DNA of 63,621 nt, the filler included, from Chiloscyllium plagiosum (taxonomy: Eukaryota): assembly GCF_004010195.1 (NCBI RefSeq). It is 5 parts of one record of this genome, joined end to end, with 100 filler letters (N's around TTAATTAATTAA, not from the genome) between each part and the next. Parts side by side here need not be neighbours in the genome. Positions count along the whole stretch, not along the records: positions 1 to 14,350 come from NC_057710.1; 4 more parts are not named here. One strand, 5' to 3'. Below the pieces are notes generated by a model that did no database searches, was not told the DNA's origin, and was given only the letters and a program-made list of their open reading frames with translations. Position numbers and translations under genes: made by a program. Shown here one piece after another: positions 1 through 11,968 of the stretch (the stretch's first letter is position 1; each line of letters opens with the position of its first letter).

Positions 1-487
1 GTGTCTCTCTCGTTCCCACAAAACCGCCTATCTGTGCCCCGAACTTTCGAGTCCCCAATTACTACTGCTCTGCTCTTCTTCACCCTTCCCTTCTGAGTAA
101 CGGGGACAGGCTCTGTGCCAGAGACCTGAGCCCCGTTACTTACCTCTGGTAAGTCGTCCCCCCCACAAGTATCCCAAACGGTATACTTGTTCTTGGGGGG
201 AACGGCCGCAGGGGGTCCCTGCACTGGCTGCTTCCTCCCAGTCCCCCTCACTGTCACCCATCTATCTGCCATCTTTGGAGTTACTACTTCCCTATAACTC
301 TGATCTATGACCCCCTCTGCCTCCCGAATGATCCGAAGTTCATCCAACTCCAGCTCCAGTTCCCTAACACGGTCTTGGAGGAGCTGGAGATGGGTGCACT
401 TCCTGCAAGTGTAATCGGCAGGGACGTCGATGGCATCCCTCACCTCATACATGTTGCAGGAGGATCACCTCATACATGTTGCAGGAG
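1..487 (-). mobile_element. CR1 LINE ORF1 fragment (zinc knuckle, coiled coil, start of SGNH esterase); 5'-truncated end of an element extending left of the window
   Basis: Minus strand translates to ...DYTCRKCTHLQLLQDRVRELELELDELRIIREAEGVIDQSYREVVTP...VRGTDRRFCGNERD, matching the ORF1 copies at 31713-32480 and 60731-61655. Confidence 0.85.
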
Positions 488-1373
488 ATGGGCAGAGTAG
501 AAATGTGGAGCCTGTTGAAAGACCAGCTACTGTGTGTCCTTGGTAGGTTAGTACCTGTCAGACAGGGAGGAAGTGGACAAGTGAGGGAGCCATGGTTTAT
601 TAAGGAAGTTGAATCTCTTTCAAAAGAAAGAAGAAGGCTTACATTAGGATAAGATGTAAAGGCTCAGTTAGGGCGATTGAGAGTTACAGGTTAGCCAGGA
701 AAGACCGAAAGAGACAGCTAAGATGAGCAAGGAGAGGACATGAGAAGTTTTTGGTGGATAGGATCAGTGAAAACCCTAAAGCTTTCTGTTGGTATATAAG
801 GATAAAAGAATGACTAGAGTAAGATTAGGGCCAATTGTGGACAGTAGCGGGAAGTTGTGTATAGAGTCAGAGGAGATAGGGGAAGAGCTAAATAAATATT
901 ATTTGTCAGTATTCACACTGGAGAAAGACAATATTGTCGAGAAGAATACTGAGAAACAAGCTATGAGACTAGATGGGATTGAAGTTCACAGAGAGGAGGT
1001 GTTATAAAACCTGAAAAGTGTGAAAATAGCTCAGTTCACGGGCTGGATGGGATTTATCCTAGGATTATCTGGGAAGCTAGGGAGGAGAATGCCGAGCCTT
1101 TGGTTTTGAACTTAATGTCATCATTGTTTACAGGAATAGTACCAGAAGACTGGAGGAAAGCAAATGTTGTCCCGTTGTTCATGAATGGGAGTAGAGACAA
1201 TCCTGGTAATTACAGATCAGTGAACCTTACTTCGGTTGTGGGTAAAGTTTTGGAAAAGTTTATAAGAGATAGGATTTATAATCATCTAGAGAGGAATAAG
1301 GGACAGTCAACATGGTTTTGTGAAGGGTAGGTTGTAATCTTCTAGGAGAAAGTGAGGACTGCAGATGCTGGAG

Positions 1374-1554
1374 ATTAGATTAGATTAGATTACAGTGTGG
1401 AAACAGGCCCTTCGGCCCAACAAGTCCACACCGACCCGCCGAAGCGAAACCCACCCATACCCCTACATTTACCCCTTACCTAACACTATGGGCAATTTAG
1501 TATGGCCAATTCACCTGACCCTGCACATCTTTGGACGTGGGAGGAAACCGGAGC
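1374..1554 (-). mobile_element. HE1-type tRNA-derived SINE, 3' part (rest in gap)
   Basis: (TCTAA)n tail and cctgtttccacactg 3' end shared with complete copies at 5462-5770 and 23243-23527. Confidence 0.85.
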
Positions 1555-2041
1555 NNNNNNNNNNNNNNNNNNNNNNNNNNNNNNNNNNNNNNNNNNNNNN
1601 NNNNNNNNNNNNNNNNNNNNNNNNNNNNNNNNNNNNNNNNNNNNNNNNNNNNNNNNNNNNNNNNNNNNNNNNNNNNNNNNNNNNNNNNNNNNNNNNNNNN
1701 NNNNNNNNNNCATCGCCAGACCATAGCAACACAACGGCTGTAGGAAGAGCGCCTCATCTTCCGCCTAGGAACCCTCCAACCACAAGGGATGAACTCAGAT
1801 TTCTCCAGTTTCCTCATTTCCCCTCCCCCCACCTTGTCTCAGTCCCAACCCTCAAACTCAGCACCACCTTCCACACCTGCAATCTTCTTCCTGACCTCTC
1901 CGCCCCCACCCCCACTCCGGCCTATCACCCTCACCTTCTCATCCTCGCCTTAACCTCCTTCCACCTATCGCATTTTCAACGCCCCTCCCCCAAGTCCCTC
2001 CTCCCTATCTTTTATCTTAGCCTGCTTGGCACACTTTCCTC

Positions 2042-2077
2042 ATTCCTGAAGAAGGGCTCATGCCCGAAACGTCGACT
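2042..2077 (+). ncRNA. Minimal type I hammerhead ribozyme in PLE pLTR
   Basis: attc-CTGAAGA-agggc-tcat-gccc-GAAA-CGTC-gact; intact catalytic boxes, palindromic ACGT helix III, GUC site at 2071-2073. Confidence 0.75.
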
Positions 2078-3547
2078 CTCCTGCTCCTTGGATGCTGCCT
2101 GACCTGCTGCGCTTTTCCAGCAACACATTTTCAGCTCTGAAGGGTAGATTGTGCCTCATAAACCTGATTGAGTTCTTTGAGAAGGTGACCAAACAGGTGG
2201 ATGAGGATAAAGCAATTGATCTGGTGTATATGGATTTCAGGAAGGCATTTGATGAGGTTCCCCATGGCAGGCTACTGCACAAAATGTGGAGGCACGGGAT
2301 TGAGAATGATTTTGCTGCTTGAATCAGAAAATGGTGAGCTGAAAGAAGGTGGTAGTTGATAGGAAATGTTCACCCTGGAGTTCAATTGCTAGTGGTGTAC
2401 CGTAAGGATCTGTTTTGGGTCCACTGCTGTTGTCATTTTTATAAATGATCTGGATGAGGGCGTAGAAGGATGGGTTAGTAAATTTGTGGAAGACACTAAG
2501 GTCGGTAGAGCTGTGGATTGTGCCGAAGGATGCTGTAGGTTACAGAGGGACGTGGATATTTGCAGTGCTGGGCTGAGAAGTGGCAAATGGAGTTTAGTGC
2601 GGACAAGTGTGAGGTAATTTACTTTGTAAGGAGTAACAGGAATGCAGAGTACTGGATGAATAGTAAGATTCTGGGTAGTGTAGATGATCAGAGAGATCTT
2701 GGTGGACATAGATCCCTCAAAGTTGCCACCCAGGTTGATAGTTAAGAAGGCACACAGTGTGTTAGCTTTCATTAGCAGAGGGATTGAGTTTCGGAGCCAT
2801 GAGGTCATGCTTCGGCTGTACAAAATTTCAACCGCACTTGGAGTATTGCGTACAGTTCTGTTCACCACATTATAGGAAGGATGTGAAAGCTTTAAAAAGG
2901 GTTCAGAGGAGATTTATGAGGATGTTGCATGGTATGGTGGGAATGCCTTATGAAAAAAGGCTGAGGGACTTGAGGCTGTTTTCGTGAGAGAGAAGAAGAT
3001 TGAGAGGTGACTTAATTGAGACATACAACATAATCAGAGGGTTAAACAGGATGGACAGTGACAGCCTTTTTCCTCGGACGGTGATGGCAAGCATGAGGGG
3101 ATATAGCTTTAAATCGAGGGGTGATAAATATAGGACAGATGTCGAAAATAGTTTGTTTACGCAGAGAGTAGTTGGGACATGGAAAGCACTGCCTGCAACA
3201 ATTGCAGACTCACCAACTTTACGGACATTTAAGTGATGATTGAATAGGCATATGGATGAGAATGGAATAGTCTAGGTTAGATAGGCTTCAGATTGATTTC
3301 AAAGGTTGGCGCAACATAGAGGGCTGATAGGCCTGTACAGCGCTGTAATGTTCGATTCGGCAGATTGCTTGCCAAGTAAATACTGACATATATTCCTTTT
3401 ATTCAGTTAGGTGATGTGTTTATCAATTACCCTCCATAGAGGCTGAAAATGATCAGTGACAGTTAACTCCTGGACAGAATGTTTCATTCCACAGCTGGTC
3501 CATATTTGGGAGAAATCTTCAGTTCTGTACGAAACATGTTGGCTTAC

Positions 3548-3605
3548 TTCATCGCCCTCACGATGTTCAATGACATAAGTTCGATTATTGACAATGACCA
3601 CAGCA
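3548..3605 (-). CDS. Candidate internal exon 6 of unidentified host gene (xAVVIVNNRTYVIEHREGDE)
   Basis: Acceptor tctctctctctgtctcttgcAG, donor GAA|GTAAGC, 58 nt, unique non-repeat sequence, phase 2 to 0. Confidence 0.65.
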
Positions 3606-3689
3606 CTGCAAGAGACAGAGAGAGAGAGACATAGATGAAAACACGCAATCGTTTAATGAATAGCAAATTTGTACCTTCAGATTCAGTAT

Positions 3690-6600
3690 CTAATACCCTG
3701 CTTAATACATAATTTCCCAGAAAGAGATAAACACTACGTACAGACACACAGTGAGTAACCCTTACCCTGCTAAATAAACATATCACAGTACAGTTACACA
3801 GTGATTGACAGTCACCCTGCTGAATAAACACATCCCTGTACACTTACACAGTCAGTGACACTTAACCTGCCGAATAAACTCATCCCAGTATTAGATACAC
3901 AATGAGTGACACATACCCTGCTGAACAAACACATCCCGTTACACTTACACAGTAAGTGACCGTGACCCTGCTGAAAAGACATATCCTAATCCAGTTACAC
4001 AGTGAGTGATCCACACCCTGCTCAAAAAACACATCCCAGTACAGTTACATATTGAGTGTCCCTTACCCTGCTGAATAAACAAATACCAGTGCTGTTAAAC
4101 AGTGAGTGACCACTACCCTGCTGAATAAAAACAACCGAGTCGGGTTGAACAGTGAGTGACCCTCACCCTGCTGTATAAAAGCATCCCACTCCAGTTACAC
4201 AGTGAGTGACCCTCACCCTATTGAATAAACACATCTCAGTACAGTTACACAATGAGTGACGCTTACCCTGCTGCTTATACAGTGAGTGACCATTACCGTG
4301 TTAAATAAACACACCCAAGTAGAGTTACACTGCTGAACAAACACAGCCCACTACATTTACATGTGTGACCATGACCCTGCTGAATACACACATCCCAGTA
4401 CAGTTGCGCAGTGAGTAGCTCTTACCCTGCTGAATACACACATCCCAGTACACTTGCGCAGTAACTCTTACCCTGCTGAATAAACACATCCAAGTACAGT
4501 TACACAGTGAATGACCATGACACAGCTGAATAAACATATCCCCGTACAGTTAAACAACGAGTGAACTTTACTGTGCTGAATACGCACAACAGAGTAGAGT
4601 TACACAGTGAGTGACCCTTGCCCTGCGGAATAAACACATCCCAGAGTGATGCTTACCCTGTTGAATAAACACAGCCTTCTTCAGTTAAACCGGGAGTGAA
4701 ACTCACCCTGCAGAATAAACATATCCCAGCGCAGTTACACAGAGAAAGACCTTTAACCTGCTGAATAAACACATCCCAGTACAGTTACATAGTGAGTGAC
4801 AATTACCCGGCTGAATTAACACACCCCAGTACAGTTACACAATCTGCAACCCCTTCCCTGCTGAATAAACACATCCCAATACAGTTACACAGTGAGTGAC
4901 CATGACCCAGCTGAATAAACACATTCCAGTCCAGTTACACAGTGAGTGACCTTCACCCTGCTGAACAAACACATCCCACTACATTTACACAGGGTGTGAC
5001 CATGACGCTGCTGAATAAACACATCCCAGTACAGTTACACAGTGAGTAACCCTTACCCTGCTGAATAAATAGATCTCAGTACTGTAACACAGTGAGTGAA
5101 CCTCACCCTGCTCAAAAAACATATCCCGGTATAGTTATACATTGATTGACCCACACCCTGCGGAATAAACACATCCCAGACAGTAACAGTGAGTGATGCT
5201 TATTCTGCTGAGTAAATACACCTTTCTTCAGTTAAGCTGGAAGTGACCCTAACCCTCCAGAATAAACACATCCGAGTACAGTTACACAATGAGTCACGCT
5301 CATCGCGAAAGAATCACTTCCAAGTAGTTACACTGTGACTGATCCTCACTCTGCTGAACAAATACATCCCACTCCTTTTACAGAGTATGAGATCATGACC
5401 CTGCTGAATAAACACATCCCAGTGCAGTTACACAGTGAGTGTCCCTTAAACCTGATGAATAAGATAGATTCCCTACAGTGTGGAAACATGCCCTTCGACC
5501 GAACAAGTCCACACCGACCCTCCAAAGAGTAACCCAGCCAGTTCCATTTCTCTCTGACTAATGCACCTAACACTATGGGCAATCTAACATAGCCAATTAA
5601 TCTGACCTGCACATTTTTATGGACTGAAGGAGAAAACAGGGTACCAAGAAGAAACCAACGCAGACACGGGGGGAATGTGCAAACTCCGCAGAGACAGTCG
5701 GCCAAGGCTGAAATCGAACCTGGGACCATGGTGCTGTGAGACAGCAGTGCTAACCACTAAGCACCATGCCAACCCTGTTGAATAGACACATCCCAGCACC
5801 ATTACACAGTGAGTGACCCTCACCCTGGTGAATGAACACATCCCAGTACAGTTACATAGTATGTGACCCCTTCCCTCTTGAATAAACACATCCCAGTACA
5901 GTCACACAGTGAGGGACACTCACACTGCTGAGTAAACACATACCAGTACAGTTAGAGAGTGACTGACCCGTAAAATGCTGAATAGACACATCCCAGTACA
6001 GTTACACAGTGTGTGGCTCCAACCCTGCTAAATAAACACATACCAGTAGAGTCACGCAGTGAATGACATTCCCCCTGCTGAATGAACACATCCCAATACA
6101 ATTACACAGTGACTGATGCTCAACCTCATGAATAAACACATCCCAGTACACTTACAAAGTCTGTGACCCCTTCCCTGCTGAATAAACACATCCCAGTACA
6201 GTTACAGTCAGTCAACCTCACACTGCTGAATAAACACATCCCAGTATAGTTACACAGTGAATGCTCTGACCGTGCACATTTAACAGATCCCAGTAGAGTT
6301 ACACAGTGAGTTACCCTTACTGTGATAAATAAGCACATCCCTGCAGAGTTACATGGCGAATGACTATTGCCCTGCTGAATAAACACATCCCAGTACAGTT
6401 ACACATTGAGTGATCCTCACCCTGCTGAATAAACACATCCTAGTACAGTTGCACTGTGAGTGACTCTTACCCTGCTGAATAAACACATCCCAGTACAGTT
6501 GCACAGTGAGTGACCCTCACGCTGCTGAATAAACACATCCGAGTACAGAAACACAGTGAGTGACCCTTAACTTACCAAACATATCCCAGTACACAATGAC

Positions 6601-9173
6601 TGATGCTTACCCTGCTGCATCCACAGTTACACAGTGAGTGACACTTACTCTGCTGAATAACACATCCCAGTACAATTGCACAGTGAGTAAACTTTACCCT
6701 GCTGAACAAACTCATTCCAATACAGATCCCAGTGTGTGACCCTTACCTTGCTGAATAAACACATCCCTGTACAGTTGCACAGTTGGGACCCTTACCCTGC
6801 TGAATAAGCACATCCCAGCACGTTTACACAGTTGGGACCCTTACCCTGCTGAAAAAAATTATCCCAGTCCAGTGACACTCACCCTGCTCAAAACATCACA
6901 TCCCAGCAGAATCATATGTTGAATGTCCCTTACCCCACTGAATAAGCAAATCCCAGTACAGTTACACAGTGAGTGACTCCTACCCTGCTGAATAAACACA
7001 TCCCAGTACAGTTACACAGTGAGTGACCCTTACCGTGCTGAATAAATACAACTGAGTAGAGTTATATACTTGAGTGACCATTATCTGGCTGAATGGTATA
7101 GTTACACAGTGAGTGACTCTCACCATGCTCAATAAAAACAACCCAGGACAGTTACATATTGAATGTCCCTTACCCTGCTGAATAAACAAATGCCAGTACA
7201 GTTACACAGTGAGTGAACCTTACCGTGCTGAATAAACACAACCGAGTGACCATTATCCGGCTGTATACACACATCCCAACATTTACATAGTGAGTGACCC
7301 TCCCCCTGCTGAATAAACAGATCCCAGTACAGTTACATAGGGAGAGACACTTACCCTGCTGAATAAACACATCCCAGAACAATTACAGAGTGAGCGACCC
7401 TTACCCTGCTGAATAAACACATCTCAGTACAGTTACACAGTGTGTGTGTGTGACCCCAACCTGGCTGAGAAAACAAATCCAAGTACAGTGACAAAATGAG
7501 TGACCCTTACCCTTCGAATAAACACATCCTCGTAGAGTGAAACAGTGAGTGATTCTTATCCTGCTGAATAAACACATCTCAGTATACTTACACAATGAGT
7601 GACCCCGACCCAGCTGAACAAACACATCCCAGTACAGTTACGCATTCAGTGAAGCTTACCCTGCTGAATAAACATATCCCAGTACTGTTACACATTGAGT
7701 GACCCACACTCTGCCAAATACACACATCCCAGTACAGTTACATAGTGAGCAACTCTTCCCCTGCTGAATAAGCAGATCCCAGTACAGTTAAACAGTGAGT
7801 GACCCTCACCCTGCTGTATAAACACACCCCAGCACAGTTACACAGTGAGTGATCATGACCAGCAGAATCCACATATCCAAGCATAGTTACACTGTGGGTG
7901 AGCCTTTCCCTGCTGAACAAACAGGGAACAGTTACACAGTAAGGTACTATGATCCGGCTGAATAAACACATCCCAATGCAGTTCCACAGTGAGTGATCAT
8001 TACTCTGCTAAATAAACACATCCCAGTACAGTTACACAGTCGGCAACCTTCACCCTGCTGAATAAACACATCCTAGTTCACTTACCAGTGAGTAACACTC
8101 ACCCTGCTGAATAAACGCATGCCAGTACACCTGCTCAGTGAGGGACCCTTACCCTGCTGAATAAGAACATCCCAGTACAGTTAAACAGTGAATAACCATG
8201 ACCCAGCTGAATAAACACATGCCAGTCCAGTTACACAGTGAGTTACCTTCAGCTGCTGAATAAACACCTCCTAGTACAGTTGCACAATGACTGACCATTA
8301 CTCTACTGCATGAAAATATCCCAGGACAGTTGCACATTGAATGTCTCTTCCCCTGCTGAATAAACACATCCCAGTACAGTTACACAGTGAGCGACCCTCA
8401 CCGTGCTGAATAAACACATCCTAGTACAGTTACATAGTGACTGATCCTTATCCTGCTGAATACACATATCTCAGTCCAATTAAACAGAGAGTGACCCTCA
8501 CGCTGCTGAATACACAAATCCCAGTACAGTTAAATGGTGAGTGACAATTAACCAGCTGAATAAAGACATGGTCGTTCAGTTACACAGTGAGTGACTATTA
8601 CCCTGCTGAATAAACATAACCCAGTATGGTTACACAGGGAGTGACCCTCGCTATGCTGTCTGAACACATCCCAATAGAGTTATACAACGAGTGACCCTTA
8701 CCCTGCTGAATAAACACATCCCAGTACAGTTACGCAGTGAGTGACCCTTACCCTGCTAAATAAACACATCCCAGTACAGTTACACAGTGAGTGAACTTAC
8801 CCAGCTGAATAAACACATCTGAAACCAATTACACAAAGTGACCCTCACCCTGCAGAATAAACACATCCTCGTCCAGTTACATAGTGATTGACCATGACCC
8901 AGCAGAACAAACGCATCCCAGTACAGTTCCACTGTGAGTGACACTTACCCTGTTGAACTAACACATTCTAGTCCTGTTACACAGTGAGTGACCCTCACCC
9001 TGATGAATAAACAGATCCCATCACAGTTACATACTGAGCGACCATGACCCAGCTAAATAAACACATCCCAGTACAGTTACACCATGAGTGACTATTACCC
9101 TGCTAAATAAACAGGTCCTCGTCCAGTTACACAGTGAGTGACCATCACCCTGCTGAATAAACACATTCCCGTC
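3690..9173. repeat. 50-bp satellite array, about 100 diverged copies (ccagtacagttacacagtgagtgacccttaccctgctgaataaacacatc)
   Basis: Period 50 (e.g. ccctgct at 8701 and 8751); runs into the gap at 9174. Confidence 0.95.
5462..5770 (-). mobile_element. Full-length HE1-type tRNA-derived SINE inserted in the satellite
   Basis: Minus strand has A-box tagtggttagc, B-box ggttcgatttc, body gtgtggagtttgcacattc-like, CR1-like tail tgtttccacactgtagggaatctatc. Confidence 0.9.
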
Positions 9174-9947
9174 CNNNNNNNNNNNNNNNNNNNNNNNNNN
9201 NNNNNNNNNNNNNNNNNNNNNNNNNNNNNNNNNNNNNNNNNNNNNNNNNNNNNNNNNNNNNNNNNNNNNNNNNNNNNNNNNNNNNNNNNNNNNNNNNNNN
9301 NNNNNNNNNNNNNNNNNNNNNNNNNNNNNNNNNNNNNNNNNNNNNNNNNNNNNNNNNNNNNNNNNNNNNNNNNNNNNNNNNNNNNNNNNNNNNNNNNNNN
9401 NNNNNNNNNNNNNNNNNNNNNNNNNNNNNNNNNNNNNNNNNNNNNNNNNNNNNNNNNNNNNNNNNNNNNNNNNNNNNNNNNNNNNNNNNNNNNNNNNNNN
9501 NNNNNNNNNNNNNNNNNNNNNNNNNNNNNNNNNNNNNNNNNNNNNNNNNNNNNNNNNNNNNNNNNNNNNNNNNNNNNNNNNNNNNNNNNNNNNNNNNNNN
9601 NNNNNNNNNNNNNNNNNNNNNNNNNNNNNNNNNNNNNNNNNNNNNNNNNNNNNNNNNNNNNNNNNNNNNNNNNNTTGTGTGGTTTTTAACTTGATATAAT
9701 GACAAGTGATTAGTGAGAGCTATTTCTAAACCTAATTTATGAACTAAACCACAGTAAAAGTGATTGATCAGGTCATGTACTCAGACTGTAGAACGGGAGT
9801 GCTGCTGGATATCTCTGTGATCCACATTTACAGCAAATGATTGTAACTTTGAGGAACCTCAGCCTGTTCCAGGAGGAAATCGCATTGTTTTGTTTAAATG
9901 CTTCTAACTGGTTAGGAACAGGAGGGTGTGGTTGTGGGCAAGACCCC

Positions 9948-10270
9948 GGAATGTACAGGGCAGAAGCAGGAAGGCCATTCTGCCTCTGCAGCATGCTTTC
10001 CTATTCAAATCCCAGCACTGCTTATCTTAGAGTCCTGCCTAACCCCATAACCTTTCACCCCCTTACCTCAGAACAATCGACCACCCTCTGCTTTACAGGT
10101 TTCAGGGATGCTGCTTCCACATCTTTGCTGGTACAACACTCCAAAAACACAGGACCCTCAGAGGAAATTATACCTCACCACTCTCTTCCATAGGTGACCC
10201 CTGATTTTAAACAGTGACCTCTAGTTCTAGATTCTTACAAGAGGAAACACCTTCTCCCTAACCCTCAGGA
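9948..10270 (-). mobile_element. Old CR1 3'-end remnant
   Basis: Reverse complement of CR1 tail and ESRTRGH-like segment (gtgacctctagttctagattc). Confidence 0.6.
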
Positions 10271-10284
10271 ATTTAATAACTCAC

Positions 10285-10395
10285 CTTTCTGGTCTGTGGC
10301 CAGCCCCTGTGTATCCTTCCCACAAACGGCAGCACTCACATTCGAGGTAGGAGCCTGACCAAGCTTCTCTCAGCTGCTCAAAATCCTCTGATGGT
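10285..10395 (-). CDS. Candidate internal exon 5 (KPSEDFEQLREAWSGSYLECECCRLWEGYTGAGHRPE)
   Basis: Donor AAG|GTGAGT at 10285; 111 nt symmetric phase 2-2 and open if the distal AG of ctcctttAGtgaAG is used. Confidence 0.5.
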
Positions 10396-10547
10396 CTTCA
10401 CTAAAGGAGACGCCCAGTTGTGTACACAGCATTACACACGTGGCCTCCTCAGTGCTCTAAACTCCTGCCTCCATTTACAGCTTTCTTTAACTAATCGAGA
10501 CAGTACTGAAGGCTGGGATCCCAAACTATCATCGATTATTCTACACA

Positions 10548-10704
10548 CCCGTCAGGTTCACTAACGTCCTCAAGTGAAATCGGCCATCCTCAGCGGGTCT
10601 GGCCTACACGTGACTCCAGACCCACAGCAATGCAGCAGACTCTTACTGACCCTCTGAAATGGCTACGCGAGCCCTTCCATTCAGCAGCACCAAAGGATGG
10701 GCAG
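10548..10704 (+). mobile_element. SacSINE1/Deu-domain-like SINE fragment
   Basis: ggtctggcctacacgtgactccagacccacagcaatg...ccctctgaaatggc, homologous to 25505-25590. Confidence 0.7.
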
Positions 10705-10714
10705 TACTACTCAC

Positions 10715-10853
10715 TTGTGGTGGTGGTACCGGTGGGGCAGGAGGGAGACTCGGGCTCTGCTAATGGTCTGTCTAGGGTCACGGTGTTTGTGGATGAAAGC
10801 AGGAGCTGGAGGCTGGGTGAGCAAGCTGACCACAGCCCGGTGATACAGGAAAC
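10715..10853 (-). CDS. Candidate internal exon 4 (GFLYHRAVVSLLTQPPAPAFIHKHRDPRQTISRARVSLLPHRYHHH)
   Basis: Acceptor ttactctgccgtggcAG, donor CAA|GTGAGT, 139 nt, phase 1 to 2, open. Confidence 0.7.
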
Positions 10854-11146
10854 CTGCCACGGCAGAGTAACATAGGGACAGCCAAAAGTAGACAGCCCCC
10901 GCAGCAGAGATGGGATACCCAGCCCGTGGCACTGCCCAGCCAGTGCTAGCCTGAAGGACACTTCCTTCTGCCATTTACCAAACTCACCCCCACGGTCAAC
11001 AGGAAGCACCCGGCTAGAGGTGACTAAGGATTATATTATTTATACGAACATTCATAAAATAGGGACAAAAAAATTGGTCACTGGAAATCAGGAATTACTG
11101 GAAGAAACACAGCCAGGGCGTACAATAATCGATTAAACAGGAGGTT

Positions 11147-11506
11147 CCTGATCCCTGATCCCAGTGTAAAGGAGAGATCCCAGATCCTGGACCCCAGTTT
11201 AAAGGGGAGATCCCAGATCCTGGATCCCAGTTTAAAGGGGAGATCCCAGATCCTGGATCCCAGTGTAAAGGAGAGATCCCAGATCCTGGACCCCAGTTTA
11301 AAGGGGAGATCCCAGATCCCGGATCCCAGTTTAAAGGGGAGATCCCAGATCCCGGATCCCAGTTTAAAGGGGAGATCCCTGATCCCAGTTTAAAGGGGAG
11401 ATCCCAGATCCCAGTTTAAAGGGGAGATCCCAGATCCCGGATCCCAGTTTAAAGGGGAGATCCCTGATCCCAGTTTAAAGGGGAGATCTCAGATCCCAGT
11501 TTAAAG
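11147..11506. repeat. 33-bp (and 26-bp variant) minisatellite, about 11 copies (gatcccagtttaaaggggagatcccagatcc(c/t)g)
   Basis: Period 33 (cccag at 11160 and 11193); high identity between copies. Confidence 0.95.
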
Positions 11507-11791
11507 AGGCTGATAATCCTTAGTTGAAACACTTGCCTCTGCATGTCCCGGCCCCAGGGGGTCAGGTGAGTGTCCCATCTTGATGAAGTTGCTGCCTTCC
11601 TGGGATTTGGATCCAGCCCCCATGCTGATGATCAATACTTGCAGATTCCCCCGCCCCATTATAGGCCATGCTCACTGCCCTGGCTCTGTGCCCACACCCA
11701 TGCCCTGGGCATCTCCTCCCCACAGTCTCACAGCCTGCCTTGCCCCCCCCCGCTCACCCCTCACTCCCCCAACTCCATCCCAGACACTGAC

Positions 11792-11867
11792 CTGAGCTTT
11801 CTCCACCCCAGCACCTTTCATTGCCTTTCTCTGGTCTTTTCCCTTTCGTCGTTTCGCTTTTGAGAAG
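11792..11867 (-). CDS. Candidate internal exon 3 (LLKSETTKGKRPEKGNERCWGGESS)
   Basis: Acceptor cacttctgtctttcAG, donor CAG|GTCAGT, 76 nt, phase 0 to 1, open. Confidence 0.7.
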
Positions 11868-11968
11868 CTGAAAGACAGAAGTGTTCAGAGCATTAACAGA
11901 TAAGCCTCAAACAGATCACAATCCTCCCCACCCTTCTACCACCTGAGGAACCCCACCCCACCCCTTTC

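Larger units (their letters stand above)
1336..2137. mobile_element. Penelope-like element remnant: inverted terminus, end of GIY-YIG domain, pLTR
   Basis: Flanked by tgaagggtag(g/a)ttgt at 1321-1335 and 2138-2152; encodes RL*EERLIFRLGTLQPQGMNSDFSSF; hammerhead-containing terminus. Confidence 0.85.
488..3358 (+). mobile_element. CR1 LINE ORF2 (RT) and 3' UTR, decayed, interrupted by a PLE insert at 1336-2137
   Basis: PEDWRKANVVPLF, NPGNYRSVNLTSVVGK, LIEFFEKVTKQVDE, YMDFRKAFD, PHLEYCVQF, RGDLIETY motifs; CR1 3' end gcgcaacatagagggc...ctgtaatgttc. Confidence 0.93.

Noticed and set aside
1..600. Twin-priming 5' inversion of a single CR1
   Set aside because: Junction duplication matches other 5'-truncated insert ends, so a nested antisense insertion is more likely; the left side is outside the window
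3548..3605. Resemblance of this exon to an ADAM prodomain exon or a Kelch repeat
   Set aside because: Only about 19 aa; upstream exons show no ADAM motifs and the Kelch GG is missing, so no gene symbol assigned
5690..5770. tRNA gene
   Set aside because: A/B boxes belong to a SINE head; no cloverleaf; same for 22108/23243
3690..9173. CRISPR-like array or Cys-rich protein ORFs (MCLFSRVRVTHC...)
   Set aside because: Contiguous 50-bp units with no unique spacers; unit not a multiple of 3; ORFs are repeat artefacts
9773..9863. Possible extra exon (RLRFLKVTIICC...) after acceptor ttcctcctggaacAG
   Set aside because: No convincing phase-2 donor to link to the next exon; might be an alternative terminal exon but is unsupported
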